Source: Eledone cirrhosa (taxonomy: Eukaryota). Taken from it: a stretch of 64,000 nucleotides of DNA. Made by a program: the position numbers and the translations under genes. The DNA lies in NCBI GenBank assembly GCA_964016885.1, contig OZ024745.1, positions 134,230,001-134,294,000 on the forward strand. Reading direction: 5' to 3'. The notes beneath the pieces were generated by a model that worked only from the letters and a program-made list of their open reading frames with translations, searched no databases and was not told where the DNA came from. This document shows positions 26,581-37,439 of this stretch, in pieces (position 1 is the first letter of the stretch; every line of letters starts with the position of its first letter).

Positions 26581-27253
26581 ATATTTCTTTTTTTCTTTTT
26601 TCTTTTTTCTTTTTTCTTTTTTCTTTTTTCTTTTTTCTGTTTTTCTTTCTTTCCTCCTTAATGTTTTATTTATTATATTTTATTTTTTTATTTGTTTATT
26701 TTTCTTAGTTTATAGATACATTTATATTAAGCAGTCTGCTCAGACCGTTGAATACTGACCCCTCCCCCCCCTCCCACCTAATTTCTGTATCTTGATCTGA
26801 AAATGTGTGTGCCAGTGTTTTATGTGAGTGAATTAATATCCATGTGCTTATGATTTTATATCCACATATATAAATGTGAGTGGGGGTGTGTGTGTGTTTG
26901 TATGTTCGTGGTTATGTGTATATTTATGCATATACGCGCGTGTATGTGTGATTGTACGGATGTGTGTGACTATGAAAAAAATATATTTATATACTTAACT
27001 TCATAAGTGTCAATACGCATCTTATTTGTACATTATAAACTCACAGAGACATTAACCTTGAAATTTTGTATTTGCATCCATCCTTTTAGTATGCGTATAC
27101 AAATTATACATACATTTTTGTAAAATATATGTAAGGGTTTTACATGTATATACACACACCGAACTGCATTTAACCCTTTGTGTTTTCATTGGTCAATTTT
27201 TGTTCCCAAACGGACCTGAAATTTTGAATTGTTGTTATTATCAATAAATATAC

Positions 27254-27408
27254 TTCATTATTTCTGAAGACGGCGTATATATGTGTTTGGTATGTATATT
27301 TAATCTTGATAATTTGTATAATTTTGTATAATTTTGTACATAGATCTGTTGAATATGCATACCAACTCTAACACATATATATCCTAGAAACGATCGTTAA
27401 ATAATGAA
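27254..27408 (+). ncRNA. Type I hammerhead with ~115-nt extended stem II
   Basis: ttcattattt-CTGAAGA-[tatatatgtgtt..tggtatgtatatt..aatatgcatacca..aacacatatata]-GAAAC-gatc-GTT|aaataatgaa; perfect 10-bp stem I. Confidence 0.82.
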
Positions 27409-27691
27409 CTTTTTTTGTTTAATATAAGGAATTGTTTATTCATTATTTGTTTAATATTTTATCTTGACTCTGTATACCGTTTATCTTTCACCGAAAGTGG
27501 TTTTTCATTACATCTCTTCTTTCCATGATATCCGGAATACATTGAGTTCTTCATACGGATTGGACACTACCGTAAACTCTTGGTAGATTTATCTACATAT
27601 ATATATTATATATATATTATATATAATATATATATATATAATATATATTAAAATATAAATATTAATAAAATAGATGTTCTTTTGATCAATT

Positions 27692-27747
27692 ACATTTATT
27701 ATACATATTTCGGATGTACAACAGTACGTCCTCATCAGACAAAATAT
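27692..27747 (-). ncRNA. Minimal type I hammerhead, intact core
   Basis: atattttgt-CTGATGA-ggacgtac(tgtt)gtacatcc-GAAA-tatgt-ATA|ataaatgt. Confidence 0.78.
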
Positions 27748-27845
27748 AATGATACATGACATACCCTGAGATGTTAAATGGTTAAGATTTACTACCTTGA
27801 TTAAATCTTAACCATTTAACATCTCAGGGTATGTCATGTATCATT

Positions 27846-27902
27846 ATATTTTGTCTCATGGGGACGTACTGTTGTACATCCGAAATATGTATAATAAAAT
27901 GT
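27846..27902 (+). ncRNA. Hammerhead copy with disrupted core (CTCATGG)
   Basis: Mirror of 27692-27747 with two core substitutions. Confidence 0.65.
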
Positions 27903-28045
27903 AATTGATCAAAAGAACATCTATTTTATTAATATTTATATTTTAATATTAATAACTCCGGAAAATTATTTTTCTTGTAGAGTGCTTCCAATCTACTGTA
28001 AAACTCATTCTTTGACATAATCATTGAATATCGTTTAACACTTTA

Positions 28046-28279
28046 ATATATATATAATATATATATATATAATATGTTATATATATAATATATATATATA
28101 TATATTATATATAATATATATATAATATATAAATATATATATATATATTATATATATTATATATATATTATATATACTGTCCCTGTGTACGCACTTACGC
28201 ATATGTCTGCGCATGTGTATTTTGTAGACATGTACGGTTATAAGTGAGTATTGCATTATTGGTTTATGTATGTGTGTGA

Positions 28280-28319
<40 letters not shown>

Positions 28320-28863
28320 ATACAGAAGAGGTGGGGTATATATATGTGTATATATTATATATATTATATATATATATATGTTATATATATATATATATAA
28401 TATATATATATATATTATATATATAATATATATATATATAATATATATATATATTATATATATAATATATATATATATAATATATATATATATATAATAT
28501 ATATATATATAATATATATAATAATATATAATATATATATAATATATATATATATAATAATATATAATATATATATATATAATATATATATATAATATAT
28601 ATATATATAATATATATATAATATATATATATATAATATATATATATATAATATATATATATAATATATATATATATATAATATATATATATAATATATA
28701 TATATATAATATATATATAATATATATATATAATATATATATATATATAATATATATATATATAATATATATATATATAATATATATATATATATAATAT
28801 ATATATATATAATATATAATATATATATATATATAATATATATATAATATATATATATAATAC

Positions 28864-28895
<32 letters not shown>

Positions 28896-28957
28896 ATACA
28901 TATATATATAATATATATATATATAATATATATATATATATAATATATATATATATA
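28046..28957. repeat. (TA)n/(TG)n microsatellite block
   Basis: Directly visible. Confidence 0.95.
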
Positions 28958-29147
28958 ATTGTTTCTACTATTGGCACAAGGCCAGCAATTATACCAGTGT
29001 ATTACTGGTACTTTATTTTATCGACCCCGTAAGGATGAAAGGCAAAGTTAACCTCGGCGGGATTTGAACTCAGAATGGCAAGGGCCGTAACTCTATGCGT
29101 CAAAGCATGGCGTCCGACCCTCTACCGATACAGCCAATTCACCGTCC
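28957..29147 (-). mobile_element. SINE family A, full length, within (TA)n
   Basis: A-box-like tggctgtatcgg and B-box gagttcaaatc on the minus strand. Confidence 0.88.
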
Positions 29148-29261
29148 TATAATATATATATATATAATACATATATATAATATATATATATATAATATAT
29201 ATATATATAATACATATATATATATAATATATATATATATAATATATATATATATATATAA

Positions 29262-30690
29262 TGTAGAATATTTACGTATCGAGAGAGAGAAGGAGGGATA
29301 GGTGATACATGTAGTTATTTGCCAATAGCGAATGCAGAGGGTGCTCAATACTAGTGCCGGCAGTGTTAAATATTAGAAGTGTTAATATCTAGTGGGCGAG
29401 AGAATTAGCAGAGCGTAAGCACGTGGAGAAATAAATATAGGAGAACAAACCGTTAACACATGTTTATTCAAAATAGCACCTACGTACGTTTCGCCCGAAT
29501 GGGCTTCTCAAGGGCATAAATAACTAAAAAGTGTTCCTTACATCACTTGGAATAAGTTTTTAGAGATGATAAGTTCATGTCAGAGTAAAAAAATCATGTA
29601 TTGATTTTGTAGTAGGTCAAGGGAGATAACCCAGGCCGGTGTTAGGGAAGTCTTTTCCGGACAAATTTTTTATCCGTTGCTAGTATGTGGCTACTACCTT
29701 ACCATTGTTGATACGCACAGGGTCATGTATACAACGTTTGTTTCGAGACGTTTGTTTTCAGCGCCTGGGTCGATTCCTGCCGGGTCTGGGATGCATGGTT
29801 AGTTTCCGGATGTTTTTTGCAGCGCCTGCCCGCCGGGGTGTTAAAGCTTGGTGCAGAGAGACCCGGTTTACGGTTTCACTCCTCGTTCTTATTCCATCTG
29901 GAGTAAGATATTTTTAAGCTGTGTGTACAGGCTATCGTCGTTTCAGCTCTGCTTTTGATGAGCTCGTGGGGTGCCGTTATGATGTGGTAGAGCTCCATGA
30001 GGCAAAGCTCGCACTTCCTCTTGAAGTTGTACGGTGCAGCTCTGCCGACAATTTCCCAGTGCGTGGAGAAGCTGATGTTTGAGTCTTTTAATGATGTGAT
30101 GTAGTTCGCAAGCGAAGTGGAGTGTCTTAGTTTTTTTCGAAAGAGTGGAGATGTGTTCGAAATCTAATTTTGAACGGGCCAGAGGTAGCCCTTATATAAT
30201 GTTTAGCGCTATTATGGCTAATTACGGTGCACCTATATATAACCCTATCAGTCAAGCAGTTCCCCCTAAGGGGGCAGCGTCCCCTGTCGCGGCAGTTGCA
30301 ATTTCGGTCGCGGTCCCTTCTAGTTCTCACGGTAAGGCTATTATTATTGCTATCTACGTTGTTACCTACGCTCCCACACCTGTCATTAGCACCATTATAA
30401 CCTACTTCGTGCGGACTGGTACCATTATTATTCCGCACGCAGCAGCTACTTCTGTTGCCGCCAGGTGACCCGTGCGGGTCACTTGCATATTCCCCAGTCA
30501 TGTCGCGGTTTTGTTGATTGCGTCTGTAGTGACTGTTCCCAGCACTATTGGATGCTGCTAGGGAGTTGTTAAGGCCGATATTGTTGTTGTCAGGTGTAGG
30601 TGCGTCTGCGCTAAGGTGCTGTGTCTTGGTGATCTTACTGTGATTAGTTGTTTCTATGATGTCTGCTAGGTTAGAAGGCTGGGTAGACAC
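29262..30690 (-). mobile_element. 5'-truncated Penelope-like element 2 (GIY-YIG + pLTR with HHR)
   Basis: CNCRDRGRCPLRGNC..VIYRC..YIRAT..FKIRFRTH; a frameshift at the poly-A near 30131 continues STSLANYI..WEIV..CELC..CTH to a stop at 29876; HHR downstream; ends at (TA)n. Confidence 0.88.
29476..29515 (-). ncRNA. Minimal hammerhead with U3:A8 core variant
   Basis: gccc-TTGAGAA-gccc(attc)gggc-GAAAC-gtac-GTA|gg(t)gc. Confidence 0.72.
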
Positions 30691-31249
30691 ACAATAATTA
30701 AAAATATAAATTAAAATGCATATACGCACCTCTATAACTAGATAACATACGCGTACAAATCCAAAGAGATCTTTTTCGCCAGGAAGTTGTTGACTAAAAT
30801 GAAATAGTCTATAGGTCATCAACGCGTGCAAGACTATACATTCCAGACAACTCTAAGAGAATCTAAGACAGCAACACGCAGCAGAGAGATGTGACAGCGT
30901 GCGCAGGGTAGTGAACTAGTGGTATCTGAGTGATGAGCTGCTAGAAAGGGCAGCCCAAAAACCACTCAAAGAAATGTGCTCAACCAAACAGAGAGAGAGG
31001 AAAGACTGTTATAAGGAACGAAATATCACCATAAATTAACGGAGCCATAGACTCTCGTTATTCCCTGTAAATAATGTGCTCAAAGGAAAAGGAATCCTGA
31101 GCTCTTTAAAATACAATATGTTGAAAGGGTAACACACTAGAGAGAGATAGTGTGCCATCAAATATATATATATATATATAAGATTTCGTTTCAAGCATAG
31201 CTTTATAGAAATATGTATAGAAATTTCGTATTTCTAAAGAAACACGGTT

Positions 31250-31390
31250 TTAGGAAGCCGTAGCTATGCAAACACCGGGGCTGACGCCCTCTGGTGGTGT
31301 CCAGCAGAAGCAAGGGGGACAACCGTCTATGCATTTCAGGCTTGACTGGCCTTCTCCTGAGAGGCCAGGTGTTTGCATAGCTACGGCTTC

Positions 31391-31394
<4 letters not shown>
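31250..31394. repeat. Short element with perfect 27-bp inverted repeats
   Basis: ttaggaagccgtagctatgcaaacacc (31250-31276) and its exact reverse complement (31368-31394); abuts (TA)n. Confidence 0.85.
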
Positions 31395-31457
<63 letters not shown>

Positions 31458-31499
31458 TAAAATAACAGATTAAAGTTTAAGCAATTAAAAGATATATGT

Positions 31500-31911
31500 A
31501 TATATAGAGAGAGAGAGAAGGAATCATATATCGTTTGAGAAACACAGTATTTTGTACATATAAAGCACAAATATTTAGGAAAAGATACATACTTTAAGGT
31601 GTGTATGCTTTTGGCCTAACTCTCGGATTCCGACAGATATAAAAGTATTTTATACTCTATTGGAACTTATCCAAAGACGATTCCTCCAATAATTAGTTTC
31701 GAGTTTCCCGTAGCTTTACCAAAATCGATTTCTTAGATAGATTTTTGTTACGGTTTAAGTACTATGAAATGTTACCATAAGGAAAATAAGAACTTTTGCA
31801 CCTTAAACTTTGTATTTTTTCCTAAATATTAAATGCTTTATATATATGTACAAAATACTATGTTTTTCTCAAACGATATATGGCTCTTTCTCTCTTTCTC
31901 TCTATATATAT
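31500..31911. repeat. Foldback/MITE-like element with ~100-bp imperfect inverted arms
   Basis: catatatcgtttgagaaa..agtattttgtacatata..tatttagg..tttaaggtg is mirrored at 31799-31911. Confidence 0.75.
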
Positions 31912-32019
31912 CTTTTAATTTGAATTATTGATGCTCTGAGCAAATGGCCATTGAGCTTTTCTTCTGAGAAATATAATTATCATACATATATATGTTAATG
32001 ACACCTTAGAAAATGATTT

Positions 32020-32452
32020 GCGCCTAGAAAGTTTCCCTCTAAGGCACAAGTCCGGGCAAGGTTGTTTGTGGAAGACCAGCAGTCGCTCATGCATACCAGT
32101 CTCCTCTCTACATGCCACTGATGATGTCCAAGGGGAAGGCAAAGGCCGATACAGCTTGGCACCAGTGACGTCGCAACTCATTTCTACAGCTGAGTAAACT
32201 GAAGCAATGTGAAATAAATGTTTCTACTATTGGCACAAGGCCAGCAATTACCCAGTGCATTACTGGTACTTTATTTTATCGACCCCGTAAGGATGTAAGG
32301 CAAAGTTAACCTCGGCGGGATTTGAACTCTGAATGGCAAGGGCCGTAACTCTATGCGTCAAAGCATGGCGTCCGACCCACTACTGATACTGCCAATGTGA
32401 AATAATGTGTCTTGCTCAAGGACACAACACACCGCTTGGTCACGAAATCGAA
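32020..32452 (-). mobile_element. SINE family B interrupted by a SINE family A copy (32218-32392)
   Basis: Family B sequence resumes after a 13-bp duplication, caatgtgaaataa (32205-32217 and 32393-32405). Confidence 0.85.
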
Positions 32453-32489
32453 AGTATATATATATGTAACACCCTCTTCCTGCTATATA

Positions 32490-32525
<36 letters not shown>

Positions 32526-32557
32526 AGCAGATTAAAATTTAAGCAAAGAATCGCTGC

Positions 32558-33630
32558 GGTGGTTTGTACCGTGATGACGGTATTTTGACCATGACAAAGT
32601 GCGGCCCTTGTGCTTGCGACAGGTTCAGAAAAGAACTTACAGCCTTCTTTAAAGGCTTCAACCTCTCCATACAGATTGAGACCAACCTTTCGGTCGTTAA
32701 TTACCTCGACGTTACCCTCAATTTGTCGAATGGCTTGCACTACCCGTATAGAAAGCCGAATGATACGCTTAATTACATAAGTAACCATCCTGCCAGCATA
32801 ACCAAGAAACGTTTCTTTGAGGCTTTCCCGTCTATCTACAAACGAGCATATTTTCAACGACCATTCCACATATTACAATGAAGCTCTTGCTCGGAGTGGA
32901 TTTGTCGATAAGGTAGCTTATACAGAGTACGAGAATAGACCTAGGAAAAATAGATCCCGACGCATTATATGGTATAACCCACGATATAATTTGGAGGTGG
33001 CCACACCATTAACTAAGATCTTTCTCTCCCTTATTATGAAGCATTTCCCCCCAGCACATAAATATAGTAAAATGTTTAATAGAAATACCATTAAAATTTC
33101 TTACTCTACGACTCCTAACCTTGCACATAACATCACAGCTTCAAATTTAGCTAAATTACCTAGCCGTAGGAACACGTGCAACCCTGTAGCTAGTACTAAC
33201 TGTAATTGTAGGAATCGGGTTGACTGCCCCCTATCCGGGAAATGCCTCTCTAGAAAAATTGTCTACAAATGTAAGGTTGAAACACCCACGCCCCGTAGGG
33301 CCTACATAGGGTTAACCGCCAATAGATTCAAGCAGCGTCTTTACATGCATACCCATTCTTTTCTTAACCCTTTAAGAAGGAATATGACGTCACTTTCAGC
33401 TTATATCTGGAGTCTAAAAGACAACCACACCCAATATAAGTTACACTGGGAGATCCTAGCTAAGGCGAGATCGTATAACGGAAGTAAAAGACCATGTGAC
33501 CTCTGCGCCGCTGAGGCCCTGGAAATACTCTACGCCAAAGACCACATCTTAAACAAAAAATCTGAGGCAGGCAATTGCGGCTTGTAAACATAAATTGCAC
33601 AAAACTTTCCTGTATTACAGCCCCACATTA
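32558..33630 (+). pseudogene. PLE RT (GLYRDD, VNYLDV, PYRKP, SNHP) + GIY-YIG (IVYKC..YIGLT..FKQR), frameshifted
   Basis: ORFs 32564-32881 and 32817-33587; CNCRNRVDCPLSGKC linker, CDLC, LNKKSE. Confidence 0.92.
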
Positions 33631-34685
33631 TACCCTAACGGATAGTACGAACTATACGCGAATATTTTACGTCTTCATGTGGTAGCTAAGTATGTGTTAT
33701 GTTTATACCATTACTTATTTGTATAGATAAGTATATATTATCTGTATGTTTTGTGAAGGTACGTATACTTTCTCGTACGTATACTTGCTTGTATATGTTA
33801 TGGCGTATATATTATATATACTGGTACATGTGCATTTGGTTATGTGTATACGTGAGTTTGCGTCCGTGTGAGTATGCGGGTTCGTACGTATGTAGGGTGT
33901 GTGTATATGTGTACTTTGTGTTTTGGTTGACGTACGTCCGCGAACATATGTGTATTTACATGTAGGTATGTGTGCGCGCGTTATATACGTATTTATGTGT
34001 GTATATATTATGTATACACGCACACACACACACATATATATATATATTTTTTTTATATATATATTTTTTTATGTGTATTTGGTGTATACGTTCGTATGTG
34101 TGCGGGTACAGGCGTTGTGTGGGTTCTGTATGTGCGTGCGTGTTTTTTTGTTTTGTTTTTTTTTGTGTACGTGCTTGTATTTGCATACCCATGGCGAGTG
34201 TTTTCGCGTATGCTTGTGTACGTACGTATATGGATGCGTGTATGTATATATTTAATTTCAATTACCTCTGTATTTTATTTACTTTATTCTGAACTCTGAA
34301 GCCGAGAATCATTCGGTTTCCTAGTTAGAATTTTAGTCTACGACTTCAGTTATACCATGGTTTACGTGGTTTTGTCTTTGCATGTAATTATTCTCAACGC
34401 ACCACATAATGACGTATTATCTTCGTTTTTTCCGTTCATTGCCAGAGAACGTCTCCATGAACACCTAATAGAATATTAGTCTACGACTTCTTTTATACCA
34501 TAAACGTGGTTTTGTCTTTGCGTGTAATTGTTTTCACCGCACCAAATTATAATGTATTATCTTCGGTTTTTTTTTCGTTCTTTGCCAGGGAACGTTTCCA
34601 CGAACCAAAGTATCGTCTTACTGTCTTCCTCCGGTTGCAACGTTTTTTGAAATATTCACTTCTGCGTTCACAGATTGAATTTGTT

Positions 34686-34736
34686 AGTTTCAGAAGATCC
34701 CGTTAAGGGTGAAAGCAGCGATTCTTTGCTTAAACT
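34686..34736 (+). ncRNA. Hammerhead motif with mutated core (CAGAAGA)
   Basis: agttt-CAGAAGA-t-ccc(gttaa)ggg-t-GAAA-gca(gcgattctt)tgc-TT|aaact. Confidence 0.68.
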
Positions 34737-35003
34737 TTAATCTGTTATTTTAATAAATATTTGCTCTACGGTTCTTATATATCTGATATATATTTATCCT
34801 TATCGAGCCCTCTTTGGATTTTAGTCTTCAAATTTATTATTATTACTATATATATATATATATAATGTAAAAGGTAAACAGAAATAACAACACAATCGGT
34901 ACAGTATATGGAAGGGATATATTAGGTTAATGCTATATATATATATATATATATATTAAAATAACAGATTAAAATTTAAGCAAAGAATCGCATTTATTAT
35001 TAT

Positions 35004-35052
<49 letters not shown>

Positions 35053-35197
35053 TTATGGTAGCTAGGATGCGTCCGTCCATAGGCGGTATGCTCCGATATC
35101 AATAGACATGTCTGAGGAACCTGCGAATCCAGAGTCAGGTTCGATCCACACACAGATCGCACCTCGAGCTGTTCGTTGGGGAAACAATTGTAATACG

Positions 35198-35305
35198 TAG
35201 TGAAAGAGTGAAGAATAACATGGTCGGCTGTACAAAAAGGGTTTTATTTACAGTTTTAACAATTGGTTCATTGATCAGGTGAGTCTAAAGGCCACTGGTT
35301 ACCTA
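35198..35305 (-). mobile_element. PLE terminal-repeat fragment, same family as 48222-48723
   Basis: tagtgaaagagtgaag..ggtgagtctaaaggcc is nearly identical to 48223-48318. Confidence 0.85.
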
Positions 35306-35607
35306 AAATGATAACTTGTTATCCCATATATATATCTCTATATCTAGGGCAGGTAAAATTCCCGAGATCCATGGACGAGTTCTCTCCAACGGTCTCTGTC
35401 CCTCATTATTGTTGCCATGTCCTGCGTCTCTAACAGACCAGTGTCTGTTCTTAGGGCATCAACATACGTTAACCTTGGTCTTCCTCTTCCAGTGTGTCCA
35501 TGTAGGGGCTCCTACAGGAGCACTGAGTGCAATGTCAACTCTGGGTGTCGGTGAGCATGTCCAACTAACCTCAGTCTCCTCTGTGTATATATATATATGT
35601 ATGTATG

Positions 35608-35666
<59 letters not shown>

Positions 35667-35676
35667 GCACACACAC

Positions 35677-35711
<35 letters not shown>

Positions 35712-37439
35712 TATCGGGGACTACATTATCCAACTTTTTCTTTCATTATTTGAGACAGTATGGTCTAATTTGAGGTGCCCCGTAGTTCAAGCGACCATGC
35801 ATGTAGTGAGATCCCTTTGTTGGTGACTTGTTTTTCTGTGTCCTCTTTTATTAAACGTGCTTTTCAAAGAAGATAGAAGAAAGCCGGTCATATAAACCAT
35901 CTTATTTTCCATCTTATTTTCATTCTATTTAATTGTTTGTTTTATTCTGTTCCTATAGTTCCTCACTAATACACATTTTCTTTCGTTATATTAATTATCT
36001 ACTAGTTCATTCACTTTCAATTGTTTCTACATAAAAATGTGCCTCTTTATCTTCTATTTAATCTCTAGAATTTGATTGCATTCGCCTTCTTATCAGAACA
36101 ATTTCGAATGCTATTCTTGAAGCAATATTCAATTTGAAATGTTATCTAGGATCTCAACTCCGGTTTAACAAAACATCAATTAATTAGAGAAATACTCGTA
36201 AGTGTATCTGTGAGTGTGGGGAGGGGACGGTTTCTTTTACTGCATGGGAGATACACAAAACAGCTGAACAATTAAAAAAAAAGTTTTAAAAATAATGAAT
36301 ACAAGCAGGGTGCTTAGGAAAAAAGAAATATTTAATCTCCTATCTTATTGGTATTAAATGGGAAGCTAGAAATTTCTAGAAACGTATCCCAATTTATCGG
36401 TTTCTCAACCATGATTGTATCTCATGTCATTTTAAAGGTTTTCAACCCTGATTGGCTTTAATCTTAATTTCATAAAATTAGATACCAGCATTTTTCTTAA
36501 GAGCCGACAGATTGTGTATTACATCAAAACATCACATTTCTAAAGAAATCTTTTAAAGAAATAAGAATTGACATTGGTTTCTTTTGATTAGCCAGAAACT
36601 AATGCCCTAAATTTTAGGAAAAAGAGAAATGCATAATTGTTTGTTTCCTCGGAGAATGTCTAAAACTTCTTTTATAGAAATAACCCCATTATAAACTTCA
36701 AATTACATAGTCTTTCATTAGCCACCCCCACCTGCGTTTTCAGTCCTTGTCATGCCTAACAAACTTTGTGTTTTACCCTTGTATTGCCGATAAATCAGTG
36801 AAATGTAAGCACCACCTTTCCCTAAAATTTACCGTCTTCTGCCAATGTTAGGTTTTTTTTTTATGACTTTTTTTTTTTTTTTTTGCAAATGTACCCCTAT
36901 AACAAAACAGTAGACGATGTTACATTACACAAATGTTATACACCCGACTACGCACCTTTTTACATTTACTGTTATCATTAACGTTTTAACATTCAAAAAG
37001 CTTTAACTTTCATCCCAGTCCGTCGATAAAACTGAGCACCAATTATATATTGATATTAAAAGTAAAGACTATACCACTTCCATTTACAAAGATGTTGTAC
37101 AAAGATATTTGGCTCAAAAATAGCTATCTACCATTTGTTAAAGACGAAATAGAAGTTTAGGGGCCGAGGCTAATTTAGAAGTTTCTTCCTAATTCAGTAA
37201 CGATAAACGCACGTAATGTTCCTAGAGAGAGCTACCACCGACCACACCCGGCACATCCCAGGATTTCTTATTATTCACGAATATTTATGATTTCTGTATA
37301 AACAACCTCGCCTATCTTTACACCTTTACCCTCTTCTCTTGAAGTAACTTCTCTACCATCGCTTCAAACTAATCACACACAAACACACACACAGGCACGC
37401 ACGAACAAACACACAGGTACGTGCACACAAATGTTCAGC

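Larger units (their letters stand above)
21724..27597 (+). mobile_element. 5'-truncated Penelope-like element 1 (Neptune-like), with a long microsatellite-filled 3' region and a terminal HHR
   Basis: ORF 21724-22923, then AT-rich UTR, (TG/TA) tract and an HHR at 27254-27408, ending at (TA)n. Linking the ORF to this HHR is inference. Confidence 0.65.
27645..27949. repeat. Near-perfect inverted repeat (~147-bp arms, 10-nt loop 27792-27801), inverted PLE terminal-repeat pair
   Basis: Arms are reverse complements with very few differences; each arm carries an HHR motif; an unpaired tail (27950-28045) runs into (TA)n. Confidence 0.93.
32519..34848 (+). mobile_element. 5'-truncated Penelope-like element 3 with inverted 5' pLTR stub
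   Basis: 32519-32557 is the reverse complement of 34715-34753; RT+EN coding region, TG-rich UTR, HHR motif, then a tail into (TA)n. Confidence 0.9.

Noticed and set aside
24009-29348. Many Y/I/C/V/M ORFs
   Set aside because: Products of (TA)/(TG) microsatellites; the same applies at 5 kb, 15 kb, 17.4 kb, 20.6 kb, 33.7 kb, 35.6 kb and 40.2 kb.
30926-30968. tgagtg-ATGA-gctgct-agaaag-ggcagc..cactca hairpin as a SECIS element (selenoprotein-type PLE)
   Set aside because: Upper helix too short, no GA on the 3' side, and no conserved in-frame TGA in the PLE ORFs.
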